From Desulfobacterales bacterium (lineage in GTDB: Bacteria; Desulfobacterota; Desulfobacteria; Desulfobacterales; JBGLNM01), in assembly GCA_041299705.1 (NCBI GenBank), contig JBGLNM010000001.1:3814-67813 (forward strand): a stretch of DNA of 64,000 nt. The letters run 5' to 3'. The notes below the pieces were generated by a model. It was not told the DNA's origin and did no database searches. It saw only the letters and a list, made by a program, of their open reading frames with translations. A program made the translations under genes and the position numbers. Within the stretch, counting starts at the first letter, position 1; every line of letters starts with the position of its first letter. Below are positions 1-9,673 of the stretch, one piece after another.

Positions 1-231
1 TTCGGGTACCGCCAGATCGGGATCCGCTCCTTCCTGCACAACGACGTCTTCACGGTCAACGGCACCATCCGGGAGGGCGGAACGGAGTACCTGGTGCGCC
101 GCGACGGGCTGGCCGGGGTCGACGTGGTCAACCGCGACCCGGACAACCGCATCCGCTTCAAGGACATGGTCCAGCGCATCGGCCGCGCCCTGGGAACCGG
201 GGGCCGGCCCGTGGTCGATGTCCAGCCGTAA
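1..231 (+). CDS. 3' end of a gene running off the window start (76 codons). Family uncertain, possibly a YdbH/AsmA-like partner of the next gene.
   Basis: Frame 1 is open from nt 1 to TAA at 229-231 with ordinary residue composition (FGYRQIGIRSFLHNDVFTVNG...). The family guess rests only on the ydbH-ynbE-ydbL arrangement known in E. coli. Confidence 0.35.
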   Translation, partial: FGYRQIGIRSFLHNDVFTVNGTIREGGTEYLVRRDGLAGVDVVNRDPDNRIRFKDMVQRIGRALGTGGRPVVDVQP

Positions 232-256
232 ACGCGAATTTTGAAAGGAGGCTTCG

Positions 257-805
257 ATGAAACGCGTGCTCCGGTCCCGGCGTCTGTGGGCGATCCTGCT
301 GGTGCTGTGCCTTGCCGCCTGCGTGACGATCAACATCTACTTCCCCGCGGAAAAGGTCGAGTCCGTCGCCACGGAGATCGTCAACGACATCCGGGGATCG
401 CGGCCCGCCGAAAAGCCCCCGGGGGGCGGGGCGCCCCAGGGCTCGATTTTCGATGTCGGGCGGCTGCCGGCCCTCTCCTCCGTGGCCTGGGCCCAGGAAG
501 CGGTCGACGTGTCCAACCCGGCGATCCGCGCCCTGAAAAGCCAGATGAAGCAGCGTTACGAACTGCTCAAGCCCTTTTATTCCAACGGCAGCCTCGTGGA
601 AAAAGACGACGGGTATGTCGCCGAGGGCAACGCCGACCCGCTTGCCCTGAAGGAGCGCCGGACCCTCAAGGGGCTGATCGAGGCCGAAAACAGGGATCGC
701 TCCCAGCTTTACCGCGAGGTGGCCGCGGCCCTGGCCATCGATCCCGGCCAGACCGGCCGGGTCGGGGAGATCTTCGCCGCCGAGTGGAAAAAGTCGCTTC
801 CCTGA
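257..805 (+). CDS. ydbL: YdbL-family (DUF1318) periplasmic lipoprotein
   Basis: ATG at 257. Lipobox-like signal (LLVLCLAAC). The C-terminal LIEAENRDRSQLYREVAAAL...FAAEWKK fits my memory of the DUF1318 signature. Confidence 0.7.
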   Translation: MKRVLRSRRLWAILLVLCLAACVTINIYFPAEKVESVATEIVNDIRGSRPAEKPPGGGAPQGSIFDVGRLPALSSVAWAQEAVDVSNPAIRALKSQMKQRYELLKPFYSNGSLVEKDDGYVAEGNADPLALKERRTLKGLIEAENRDRSQLYREVAAALAIDPGQTGRVGEIFAAEWKKSLP

Positions 806-947
806 GCCGGGGTTCAGGGCAGTTAGTCCTCCCTGGTGGGGGAAAACACCTCCACCAGCACCGAGTCCTCCAGCGCCGTCACCGCGTGGGGCCTGTCGCC
901 GGGAATGCACCGGCAGTCAAAAGCCCCCCAAATCACCGAAGCCCGCT

Positions 948-2992
948 TCACCGGGTGCCGGTCGCGGGGGTGCCGCCTTCCGGGCGCGCGTCTCCCGCCG
1001 CCGGCGAGCGGCGCGACAGGCGCAGGCTGTTGCCGATCACGGTCAGGCTGCTCAGGAGCATGGCGCAGACGGCCACCAGAGGGGTGAGCAGGCCGCTCAT
1101 GGCGATGGGGATGCTGAGCGCGTTGTAGACGAAGGCGCACCCCAGGTTCTGGCGGATGTTGCGGTTGACGCGCTCGGCCAGGTCGAGGAATTCGGGGACC
1201 TGGCCCGGGTCCGCGCGCATGAGGGTGATGTCGGCGGTCTCCCGCGGACCGCGCCAGGGCCGGTGCGTCGTTGACGCCGTCTCCCACCATGGCCACGCGC
1301 GAGCCCCCTGCCTGCCAGTCGGCGACGAAAGCCGCCTTTTCGGCGGGGAGCAGGCCGCCGCGGGCGGCGTCGACGGCGAGGCGCGAGCCGAGGGCGCGGG
1401 TCACCCCCTCCCCGTCGCCGGAGACCAGCGCGAGGCGGTAGCCGCGGGCCGCCAACGCTCAGGTAGACCTGGGAGGTGGTCCCGTCGCCGTCCGCCGGCG
1501 CCTCTCCCCAGGCCCGGCGGTCGTCTGCGGCCAGCTCCCCGGCCACGAAGGTTTCCGCCCCGATTTTGACCCTCCGGCCCCCGTGAACGGCCGAAATCCC
1601 GTTGGCGTGCACCCGGCGGTCGCCAAGCGCCAGGGGGGCGATGCCGCGGCGCAGCGCTTCCCCGCGGATCAGGGCGGACACGGGATGATCCGCCTCCCGT
1701 TCCAGCCCGGCCGCCAGGGCGAGGGCCTGTTCCTCGGAAAGGGGGCCCCGGAGGCGGATGCGGCGCAGGTGCCAGCGCCCCTCGGTCAGCGTCCCGGTCT
1801 TGTCGAAGACGAAGGCCTGGATGTCGGCGGCCCGCTCGAAGGCCGCGAAGTCCCTCACCACCACCCCGCTTCTGGCGGCGACGGAGATGCCGGCCACCCG
1901 GGACATGGGGATGGCGATTCCCAGGGAGCACGGGCAGGCGATCACCAGGACCGTGACAGCGCGCATCAGGGCGCCCTCGAAGGGCAGGCCCCGGATCAGG
2001 CAGACGCCCCCGGTGGCCGCGGCGAGCAGGACGATGGCCGGCACGAAGCCCCTGAGAAGGCGGTCGGTGCGGCCTTCGACGGGCGTTTTGGCGCCGAGGG
2101 CGCGCTCCATGACCGCCACCATCTGCCCCAGCACGGAATCCGCCCCCACCGCCTCGGCCCTCGCCCTGACGCTGCCCGACAGAACCCGGGTGCCGCTGCG
2201 GATGCGATCGGGCGCCTGCATGGGGATCGGCACGGCCTCGCCCGTCAGGGATGACGCGTCCACGCGGCAGCGGCCGGAGAGGACGACGCCGTCGGCGGGG
2301 ACGATTTCCCCCTCCCGGACGATGAAAAGATCCCCCGCCGCCAGCTGTCCGGCCGACACGTAGCGCCCCTGCGGAAACTCCCGGGTGCAGACCCTGGCCT
2401 TGGCGGGCCGCAGGGAGAAGAAGCCGGCAAGGTCGTCGCGCACCCGGTCCCTGGCCTTTCCCTCCAGGGTCTTGCCCACCAGGACCAGGGTGATGAGCAT
2501 GGAAGCCGTGTCGAAGTAGAGATGAATGCCGCCCCGCATGAAATTGACCGTACTGTAGAGATAGGCGGCCGTGGCGCCGATGGAGATGAGGGTCTCCATT
2601 CCGGGGGCCGCCGATGCGAGGCCGGCCCATGCCTTTTTGTGGATCGCGGCGCCGCCGTAGAAGAAGACCACGCCGGCCAGGGTGAAGATCGGCCAGGAAA
2701 TTCTGCGGATCGTCTCGGCGTCGAGGCGGCTCAAGAACCCTGAATAGAGGGCGAAGGAGAGCATCATGACGTTTGCGGTCAGGACCGCGGAGACGGCCAA
2801 CCGCAGCAGCTCGCGCCTCCTGGACTTGTCGGCGGCCCCGCGGCCGGGGATCGACGCGCGGTAGCCGAGGCCTGCCAGGACGGGGACCATCCGGTCGGGA
2901 GAGGTGTGAACCGGGTCGTAGGTGCAGCGCACCCGGTCGGTGGAAAAATTGCACGCGGCCGCGACGACCCCCTCCTGCCTGAGCAGCGCCAA
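948..2992 (-). pseudogene. P1B-type heavy-metal P-type ATPase, N-terminally truncated and broken into three reading frames
   Basis: Contains CPC (VIACPCSLG), DKTGT (FDKTGTLTEG), MVGDGVNDAPALA and a terminal TM region. The frame changes near 1457 and 1245, with about 25 and about 13 expected residues missing. The HMA domain lacks its CxxC half, and the ORF abuts the hldE stop codon. Confidence 0.85.
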
Positions 2993-4438
2993 TCACCCGT
3001 TGCGGATGCTGTTGATGATGCCGGTCGAGGACATGCCGCCCGAGGCCGGGATCAGCACCACCCGCCCGCCGAACTGTTCCACCAGCCCCCGGCCCGAGAC
3101 CTCCTCGGATCGATAGTTGTCCCCCTTGGTGAGGACATCGGGGCGGATCGTGCGGATCAGGTCGTCCAGACGGTCGGAGGGGAACACCACCACGTAGTCG
3201 ACCGAGTCCAGGGCGCTGAGGACCTGGACCCGCTCCCGGGCGCGGATCACCGGGCGGCCGGGGCCCTTCAGGCGCCGGACCGACGGGTCGTCGTCGATGG
3301 CCACGATGAGGATGTCCCCGAGGGCCTTGGAGGCGGAAAAGAGCCCGATGTGGCCGGGGTGGATCAGGTCGAAGCACCCGTTGGTCATCACGATGCGCTT
3401 GCCGCCCTGGCGCAGTTCGGGGATCAGCGCCGGCAGCTCGGCGAGGTCGCGGTACTTGTCCGCCCGCGGGGGGCGGTTCGGGTCGGCGGCGGCTTTCAGT
3501 TCGGCTGCGGAGACGGTCGCCGTGCCGACCTTGCCCACAACGATGCCGGCGGCGGTGTTGGCCAGCACGGCGCTCTCGACCAGGCTCGCGCCGCTGCAGA
3601 TGCACAGCCCCAGCACGGCCAGGACCGTGTCGCCGGCCCCGGAGACGTCGTAGACCTGGCGCGCCTCGGTGCGGATGCGGTGGGGGGCGCGCCCCGGCTC
3701 GAAAAGGACCATGCCCTCCGGCCCGCACGTGACGAGCAGGTTGCCGACGCCGGAGGTTTCCAGGAGGCGGGCGCCGGCGGCGAAGAGGGAGGCATCGTCG
3801 ACGATGTCCACCCCGGCGGCCAGGGACGCCTCCTGCAGGTTGGGGGTCACCAGGCAGGCGCCGGCATAGCGGGTGAAGTCGAGGCCCTTGGGGTCGACGA
3901 TGAGGGGCTTGGCGCCCGCCCGGGCCCAGGCGATCAGGTCGGCCATCAGTTCGCGGGTGATGAGGCCCTTGCCGTAGTCGGACACCAGGACGGCGCCGAC
4001 CCCGGGGATGATCTGCCTGGCGGCCCGTCCCAGGGCCTCGCGCGTGGCGCCGGAGATCTCCTTGCGGGTTTCGCGGTCGATGCGCAGGACGTGCTGGCTC
4101 TCGGCGATGATCCGGGTCTTGCGGGTGGTGGGGCGGCCCGGCTCCCGTATGAGCCCGCGGGTGTCCACCCCCAGCTGGGCGAAGCGCTGCAGGAGCAGGC
4201 CCGCGTTGGGGCCGGTCCCGGTCACGCCGGCCACCGACACCGCGGCCCCCAGGGCGACCAGGTTGTTGACGACATTGCCGGCCCCCCCCAGGGTGAAGCT
4301 CTCGCTGCCGACGGTGACCACCTGCACCGGGGCTTCGGGGGAGATGCGGTCGACCCTGCCCCACAGGTACTCGTCGATCATCAGGTCGCCCACCACCAGG
4401 AGCCGGCAGGCCTTGAACGTGTCGATGTCGGGGATCAT
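2993..4438 (-). CDS. hldE: Bifunctional D-beta-D-heptose 7-phosphate kinase / D-beta-D-heptose 1-phosphate adenylyltransferase
   Basis: 481 aa. N-terminal ribokinase-like domain plus a C-terminal cytidylyltransferase-like domain (MTNGCFDLIHPGHI). Confidence 0.93.
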   Translation of the reverse strand: MIPDIDTFKACRLLVVGDLMIDEYLWGRVDRISPEAPVQVVTVGSESFTLGGAGNVVNNLVALGAAVSVAGVTGTGPNAGLLLQRFAQLGVDTRGLIREPGRPTTRKTRIIAESQHVLRIDRETRKEISGATREALGRAARQIIPGVGAVLVSDYGKGLITRELMADLIAWARAGAKPLIVDPKGLDFTRYAGACLVTPNLQEASLAAGVDIVDDASLFAAGARLLETSGVGNLLVTCGPEGMVLFEPGRAPHRIRTEARQVYDVSGAGDTVLAVLGLCICSGASLVESAVLANTAAGIVVGKVGTATVSAAELKAAADPNRPPRADKYRDLAELPALIPELRQGGKRIVMTNGCFDLIHPGHIGLFSASKALGDILIVAIDDDPSVRRLKGPGRPVIRARERVQVLSALDSVDYVVVFPSDRLDDLIRTIRPDVLTKGDNYRSEEVSGRGLVEQFGGRVVLIPASGGMSSTGIINSIRNG

Positions 4439-4845
4439 GACGCCAATTTTTCCCGGATCAGCTCCCGCAGGTAGGCCGGGGGCCGCACCACGCGCCCGGA
4501 CCCGCTCAGGCAGGCGTGCCGGGTGCAGCCGTTCGCCACGGCCCTGCCGTCCCCTTCGCTCGAAATCCGGTAGTCGAACTTCATGCCGGCGCGCATGGCC
4601 GGGTCCAGGGTCGTTTCGATGACCAGCAGTTCGTCGTAGCGCGCCGGCGAAAGGTATTTGCAGTGGGCCTCGGACACCGGGAGGAAGATCCCCCGGGCCT
4701 CGATCTCCCTGTAGGCCAGGCCGAGGTCGCGGAACATCTCCGTCCGGCCGATCTCGAACCAGCGCAGGTAGTTGGCGTAGTAAGCGACGCCCATGTTGTC
4801 CGTGTCCCCGTAGATGACGCGGTAGGTGGTGCGGTGGGGGTTCAT
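4435..4845 (-). CDS. YbgC/4HBT-family acyl-CoA thioesterase (hotdog fold)
   Basis: 136 aa. YGDTDNMGVAYYANYLRWFE motif. ATGA overlap with the hldE start. Confidence 0.85.
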   Translation of the reverse strand: MNPHRTTYRVIYGDTDNMGVAYYANYLRWFEIGRTEMFRDLGLAYREIEARGIFLPVSEAHCKYLSPARYDELLVIETTLDPAMRAGMKFDYRISSEGDGRAVANGCTRHACLSGSGRVVRPPAYLRELIREKLAS

Positions 4846-4865
4846 TCCAGATGCTCCGATGCCGA

Positions 4866-4888
4866 CCCCGATTTCGATTTCGATTTGG
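4866..4888. repeat. Short period-6 tract (CGATTT)n
   Basis: ccccgatttcgatttcgatttgg, in the intergenic gap between the thrH stop and the thioesterase start. Confidence 0.6.
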
Positions 4889-4934
4889 AAGCGTTCATCC
4901 GCCTCCGCATCCCCCGACGGGCCCGGGAGTCAGC

Positions 4935-5546
4935 CTATGCCTGAGCCCCCAGTTCCCTCTCCACGATTTCCCTCAGCTCGTCGTAGGTGACGGCCACGGG
5001 CAGCCCAGGGTATTCCGCGACGATGTTGGGCGGCGGGCGGAAAAGGACCCCGCTGTCGGCCTCCTGGAGCATGGCGATGTCGTTGTAGGAGTCGCCCACG
5101 GCGACGACCCGGTAGTAGAGGCTTTTGAGGGCCACCACGGCCATGCGCTTGCCGCTGTTCTGGCGCATGCGGTAGCCGCTCACGGCGCCGTCCGGGGCCA
5201 CGGTGAGCTCGTTGCAGAAGAGGGTCGGCCAGCCGAGCTTTTTCATCAGCGGGCCGGCGAACTGGACGAAGGTGTCGGAAAGGATGATGACCTGGGTCCG
5301 CTCCCGCATCCAGTCGATGAACTCCCGGGCCCCCTCCAGGGGATCCATGCGGGCGATGACGTCGGTGATGTCCCTGAGCTTCAACCCGTGTTTCTCCAGA
5401 ATCGACAGGCGCCGGCGCATCAGCACATCGTAGTCGGAGATGTCCCGGGTGGTCAGCCTGAGTTCGGCGATGCCGGTGCGCTCCGCCACGTTGATCCAGA
5501 TTTCCGGTACGAACACGCCTTCCAGGTCGAAACAAATGACGTGCAT
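4935..5546 (-). CDS. thrH: ThrH-type phosphoserine phosphatase / homoserine phosphotransferase (HAD family)
   Basis: 203 aa starting [20 protein letters not shown] motifs present. Sits next to hom, as for ThrH in Pseudomonas (from memory). Confidence 0.75.
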   Translation of the reverse strand: MHVICFDLEGVFVPEIWINVAERTGIAELRLTTRDISDYDVLMRRRLSILEKHGLKLRDITDVIARMDPLEGAREFIDWMRERTQVIILSDTFVQFAGPLMKKLGWPTLFCNELTVAPDGAVSGYRMRQNSGKRMAVVALKSLYYRVVAVGDSYNDIAMLQEADSGVLFRPPPNIVAEYPGLPVAVTYDELREIVERELGAQA

Positions 5547-5667
5547 GCTGCTCCTTTCGTGCAGGAGTGACTATGGTGAGCTAAAGTGACTAAAATGCCT
5601 AAAGTTGCGGTGTCGCTTCGCTCCGTCTGGATGTGATCGTCCGCTCACTTTTGGGCACGCATTAACC

Positions 5668-6984
5668 TCAGTCGCTGCCGTTCTCGTCTTCGATGCGGAT
5701 CAGCATCGGTTTTTCGGTGACCACGTTGAGCTGCAGCATTTCGGCCATGGCCTCCCGGACCTTGGCCTCCGACGTCTGGTGGGTGAGCATGATCAGCGGC
5801 ACCGAGCCCTCGGACTTGCGCCCCTTCTGGTGAACCGATTTGAGGCTGATGCCGTAATTGCCCAGGATGCCGGAGATCTTGGAGAGCACGCCGGGGCGGT
5901 CCAGGGCGGAAAAGCGGAAATAGTAGTGGCTGTGGATCTTCTCCATGGGCAGGACCGGCAGCCTGCGGATGCGGTCCGGCTGGTAGGAGAGCAGGGGCAC
6001 CCGGCCCGGGGAGCCGCACATCAGGTTGCGGGCGATGTCCACCAGGTCGGCGATGACGGCGCTGGCGGTGGGCATCCGGCCGGCCCCGCGGCCGCAGAGC
6101 AGGATGTCGTCCACGGCGTCGCCGTTGATGGCCAGGGCATTCAGGGGGCCGTTGACGCTCGACAGGATGTTGTCCATGGGGATCATGGTGGGGTGGACCC
6201 GCGCTTCCACCGCATCCCCGTCGTCCTTGCTGATGGCCAGGAGCTTGATCCGGTAGCCGAACTGGGCCGCGGCCTCGATGTCCAGGGGCGTGACCCTGGA
6301 AATGCCCTCGATGTAGATGTCCTCGAAATCGATCTCCATGCCGTAGGCCAGGGCGCAGAGGATGGCGAGCTTGTGGGCCGTGTCGTACCCCTCCACGTCC
6401 AGGGTCGGGTCGGCCTCCGCGAACCCGCTGGCCTGGGCCTGGGACAGGGCCTGTTCGAAGGGGATGCGCTCGTCGCTGATCTTGGAAAGGATGTAATTGC
6501 AGGTCCCGTTGAGGATGCCGGTCACGGACCGGATGCGGTTGCCCACCAGGGCCTCGCGCAGGGTCTTGATCACCGGCATGCAGCCGCCCACGCTGGCTTC
6601 GAAGGCCAGGTCGACGCCCTTGTCGCGCTCCGCGCCGTAGATGCGGTTGCCTTGGTGCGCCAGCAGGGCGTTGTTGGCGGTGACGACCTGCTTGCCGTTG
6701 TCGATGGCTCGAAGGATGAGCTCCCGGGCGATGCCCTCGCCGCCGATCATTTCCACGACGATGTCGATGCCGGGGTCGTCGACCACCCGGCGGGCGTCGC
6801 TGGTGAAGACCCCGTCCTCGAAAACGATGCCGCGGTCCGTGGCGGTGTCGATGTCGGCGACCGCCCTCAGGCGCAGCGAGGCCCCCAGCCGGGATTGGAT
6901 GATGTCAGCGCTCTCGATGAGCATCCTGGCGACCCCGGTCCCCACCGTGCCGCAGCCGAGCAAACCGACGTTGATCTCTCGCAT
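5668..6984 (-). CDS. hom: Homoserine dehydrogenase
   Basis: 438 aa. N-terminal GLLGCGTVGTGV NAD(P) fold, catalytic domain and a C-terminal ACT domain. Confidence 0.95.
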   Translation of the reverse strand: MREINVGLLGCGTVGTGVARMLIESADIIQSRLGASLRLRAVADIDTATDRGIVFEDGVFTSDARRVVDDPGIDIVVEMIGGEGIARELILRAIDNGKQVVTANNALLAHQGNRIYGAERDKGVDLAFEASVGGCMPVIKTLREALVGNRIRSVTGILNGTCNYILSKISDERIPFEQALSQAQASGFAEADPTLDVEGYDTAHKLAILCALAYGMEIDFEDIYIEGISRVTPLDIEAAAQFGYRIKLLAISKDDGDAVEARVHPTMIPMDNILSSVNGPLNALAINGDAVDDILLCGRGAGRMPTASAVIADLVDIARNLMCGSPGRVPLLSYQPDRIRRLPVLPMEKIHSHYYFRFSALDRPGVLSKISGILGNYGISLKSVHQKGRKSEGSVPLIMLTHQTSEAKVREAMAEMLQLNVVTEKPMLIRIEDENGSD

Positions 6985-6985
6985 G

Positions 6986-7002
6986 GTGTGCTCTTCCGAT
7001 CT
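6986..7002 (+). other. Illumina TruSeq adapter remnant (GTGTGCTCTTCCGATCT)
   Basis: Exact 17-nt match to the 3' end of the read-2 adapter. It lies 1 nt from the hom start codon and 4 nt from the cbbQ-like stop codon. Confidence 0.9.
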
Positions 7003-7006
7003 CCCA

Positions 7007-7852
7007 TCAGAAAATCCCGGCCACGATTTCGGCGATGGCCGTCTGCATCTCCGCGTCGTCGGACATGGCCCGGATCACCGCCACATCGCAGGCCACCGCC
7101 GGCTTGACGCCGCTTTCCATCAGTTTGGCGGCATAGACCAGCAGCCGGGTGCTGATGCCCTCTTCCAGCCCGTGCTGGCGGAGGTTGCGGACCATCTCCC
7201 CCAGGCGCACCAGGCGTTCGGCCAGTGATGGGTCCACCCCGCTTTCCCTGACGATGATCGCCAGCTCCTTTTCGGCCGACGGATAGGTGAAATCCAGGGC
7301 CACGAAACGCTGGCGCGTCGAGTGCTTGAGGTCTTTCATGACGCTCTGATAGCCGGGGTTGTAGGAGATCACGAGGTGGAAATCCGGGTGACACTCCAGC
7401 AGAAGGCCGCGTTTCTCCTGGGGCAGGATGCGGCGGTCGTCGGTCAGCGGGTGTATCACCACGGTGGTGTCCTTGCGCGCTTCCACGACCTCGTCCAGGT
7501 AACAGATGGCCCCGTGTCTGACCGCCAGGCTCAGGGGGCCGTCCTGCCAGACTGTTTCGTCCCCCTTGAGGAGGTAGCGGCCCACGAGGTCGGAGGCCGT
7601 CAGGTCCTCGTGGCAGGCGATGGTCACCAGCGGCCGGCCGATCCGCCAGGCCATGTGCTCCAGGAAACGCGTCTTCCCGCAGCCGGTGGGCCCCTTGAGC
7701 ATCACGGGCAGCTTCAGGCGGTAGGCGAACTCGAACACCTCGATCTCTTCGCCGGTGGGCAGGTAGTGGGGTTCGGCGGCGATGCGGTAATTTTCGATGG
7801 CCACGCCGTTGGGCGCTTTGAGGCCGTCGGGCCCGTCTCCAGGGTGGTGCAT
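7007..7852 (-). CDS. CbbQ/NirQ/NorQ-family AAA+ (MoxR-like) ATPase
   Basis: 281 aa. Walker A GPTGCGKT, Walker B ICYLDEV, and a CbbQ-type C-terminal region. Confidence 0.88.
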   Translation of the reverse strand: MHHPGDGPDGLKAPNGVAIENYRIAAEPHYLPTGEEIEVFEFAYRLKLPVMLKGPTGCGKTRFLEHMAWRIGRPLVTIACHEDLTASDLVGRYLLKGDETVWQDGPLSLAVRHGAICYLDEVVEARKDTTVVIHPLTDDRRILPQEKRGLLLECHPDFHLVISYNPGYQSVMKDLKHSTRQRFVALDFTYPSAEKELAIIVRESGVDPSLAERLVRLGEMVRNLRQHGLEEGISTRLLVYAAKLMESGVKPAVACDVAVIRAMSDDAEMQTAIAEIVAGIF

Positions 7853-7954
7853 GTGCGGCTCCTTGCAATGGTTGCGCTCATCCCGAACAGCCCGCGGGCC
7901 GGAAAGCGGTCTGCCGGCCCGCGGGTGTGCGCCGGGTGAACCCGGAGGATTTCC

Positions 7955-8995
7955 TTAGTACTTGCCGTAAAGCTCGGCCGCTTCCATCATGGCGATGGCG
8001 TTCATCAGCGACCCGTTGGGCGGGAACTCGCACCCGGTGGCCAGGATGAACCGCCCGCCCGCGGCCAGTTCCCCGATCTCCTTCTTGCACTCCTGCTTCA
8101 TCTCCTCGGGGCTCCCCAGGAAGGCGTACTGCGCCGGGCTGGTGTAGCCGATGATCGTCACCTTGTCGCCCCACTTCTTCTTGGTCTCCACCCAGTCGGC
8201 GCAGTCATCCGGCGGGTAGGCGCAGGAGATGGCGATGGGGTCCATGGTCTCGATCTGGGCGTCGAAATAGAGGCCGTTGCCGCAGTTGTGCACGATGACC
8301 ATCATGCCGTTGGCGCGCGTGGCCTCGGCCAGCTCCTTGGCGAAGGGGCCTTCGATTTCCCGCCACATCTCCTTGCGCATGATGGTCTGGGAGGCGAACA
8401 GGGTGTCCAGGACGATGGCGTGGCAGCCGGTCTTGGCGATGGCCTTGATGTAGTCCACCAGCACCCCGTTGATGACCTTCTGCGCGTGGATGACCGCTTC
8501 CTTGTGCTTGTAGCAGTCCCGGAAGAGGTTTTCGGCCCCGCGCATCATGGACAGGATCCCCAGGGGGCCGTAGACGAACCCCATGATGGCGGTGGTGGCC
8601 GCCTTCTCGTTGCAGACGATGTCGTAGTATTTCAGGGACTCCTTCATCCGCGGCCCCTTGGTGGGGTCCAGCGGCTGGATCTTGTAGTAGTCGTCCGGTG
8701 TCCGGATGAAGGGGTCGTCGTAGTCGGGGTGGGCCGTGTCCTCGATGGGAAACACCATCTTCTGCCCGAAATCGGCGGCTTCCACCGACAGGTCCACCAG
8801 CCCCAGGATGCCGTCGTAGCCGATGAGGTTGTGGGCCTGGATCTGGGATTTGGCCATCAGCTCCCCGTCCCGCGACCATTCCTCGTAGGTCACCCCGTAC
8901 ACCCTCCGGGAAGCGCCGCAGACCAGCGGGCCCGCGGGCACCCGGTCCGGGATGCCGCCTTGCAAAACCGTCGCCACTCTTTCCAATCCGTTCAT
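7955..8995 (-). CDS. Uroporphyrinogen-decarboxylase-family protein, MtaA/MT2-methyltransferase-like
   Basis: URO-D fold over the full length. HxC...C pattern (IVHNCGN ... ATGCEFP). I prefer the ATG at 8995 (RBS AAAGGAGA) over the ORF-track start at 9019. Confidence 0.8.
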   Translation of the reverse strand: MNGLERVATVLQGGIPDRVPAGPLVCGASRRVYGVTYEEWSRDGELMAKSQIQAHNLIGYDGILGLVDLSVEAADFGQKMVFPIEDTAHPDYDDPFIRTPDDYYKIQPLDPTKGPRMKESLKYYDIVCNEKAATTAIMGFVYGPLGILSMMRGAENLFRDCYKHKEAVIHAQKVINGVLVDYIKAIAKTGCHAIVLDTLFASQTIMRKEMWREIEGPFAKELAEATRANGMMVIVHNCGNGLYFDAQIETMDPIAISCAYPPDDCADWVETKKKWGDKVTIIGYTSPAQYAFLGSPEEMKQECKKEIGELAAGGRFILATGCEFPPNGSLMNAIAMMEAAELYGKY

Positions 8996-9080
8996 CTGAT
9001 GTCTCCTTTGGTTGGGCATGCCCTGCCGGGCACGCCGATGGACGTGAACACCCCTGTTCGGGCGGGAACCCTTGGGGGCC

Positions 9081-9671
9081 TCAGGTGATGAGGGCCGCCA
9101 ACCGGTCCACCCCGGCTCCGTTGACAGCGCTCAACCGGAAGACCTCGGGGTGCAGCGTCCCCAGGGTCTCCCGGACACGGGCTTCCATTTCGGCATCGAC
9201 CCGGTCGGCCCGGCCGATGCCCACCACGTCGGCCCCCCGGACCTGCCCCGTGATGAGGCGGCCGCGCTCGGCCCACAGAAAATCGAAGTGCGGGCCGTCC
9301 ACCAGGGTGACCAGCGGGCCGATCTCGTAGGAAACGTCCCGCCGGCCCATGGCGCACACCTGGCGCATTTCGGCGGTGACCACCATCTCCGACGGCTCGA
9401 CAAAGAGTACGTCCGGGGCGTGGCGCCGCCTGATCGTTTTGATCCGGTCCACCAGACTGGTCGCCAGTGAACAACCGACTCAGCCCCCCCGCAGGTACTG
9501 GATCGGCACCTCCCCCCCGGCAACACCCGGGATCTCGTCGTAGGTCGCCTTCCCCTGCTCGTTGACGATCACCGCGCAGCGCCTCCCCGCGGCCGACAAC
9601 CGGGTCACCAGCCGGCCGATGAGGGTCGTCTTGCCGCTGCCGCGGGTGCCGGACACGCTGACCAGGCGCAC
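9081..9671 (-). CDS. CobW/COG0523-like G3E P-loop GTPase with an in-frame UGA (putative selenocysteine) at 9480-9482
   Basis: GTG at 9671 preceded by GGAGGAGG. P-loop GTRGSGKTT. The two ORF-track pieces (9480..10037 and 9081..9452) share one frame. The TGA aligns with the first Cys of CICC in the paralogue at 10194-10808. Confidence 0.7.
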
Positions 9672-9673
9672 CT

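Noticed and set aside
12-21. AGATCGGGAT near the window start, and similar AGATCGG / CCGATCT heptamers (e.g. 9334-9340, 47889-47895, 61794-61800), as further adapter remnants.
   Set aside because: They match the adapter over only 7 nt. They lie inside uninterrupted, well-conserved coding sequence (Ile-Gly codons) and are consistent with chance.
1401-4364. Very long ORF-track entries, e.g. 1401..4364 (987 aa), 17991..21146 (1051 aa), 38903..42562 (1219 aa), 43576..46629 (1017 aa), 2906..4474, 5605..7107, 22825..25338 (beyond ~23445) and 58527..60467.
   Set aside because: They are Arg/Pro/Gly/Ala-rich and low in complexity. They lie antisense or out of frame to genes with clear family motifs. 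Stop-poor alternative frames are expected at this GC content.
5547-5667. Direct repeats (TAGTCAC / TAGCTCAC / TAGTCAC) in the lower-GC gap upstream of thrH as an operator.
   Set aside because: The repeats are short and degenerate, and I cannot distinguish them from chance or tie them to a known regulator motif.
7007-7852. CbbQ/MoxR-type AAA+ ATPase as part of a defence or novel ATPase system.
   Set aside because: It is a typical CbbQ/NorQ sequence. Its expected VWA partner position is occupied by an adapter-marked breakpoint, so the context is uninformative.
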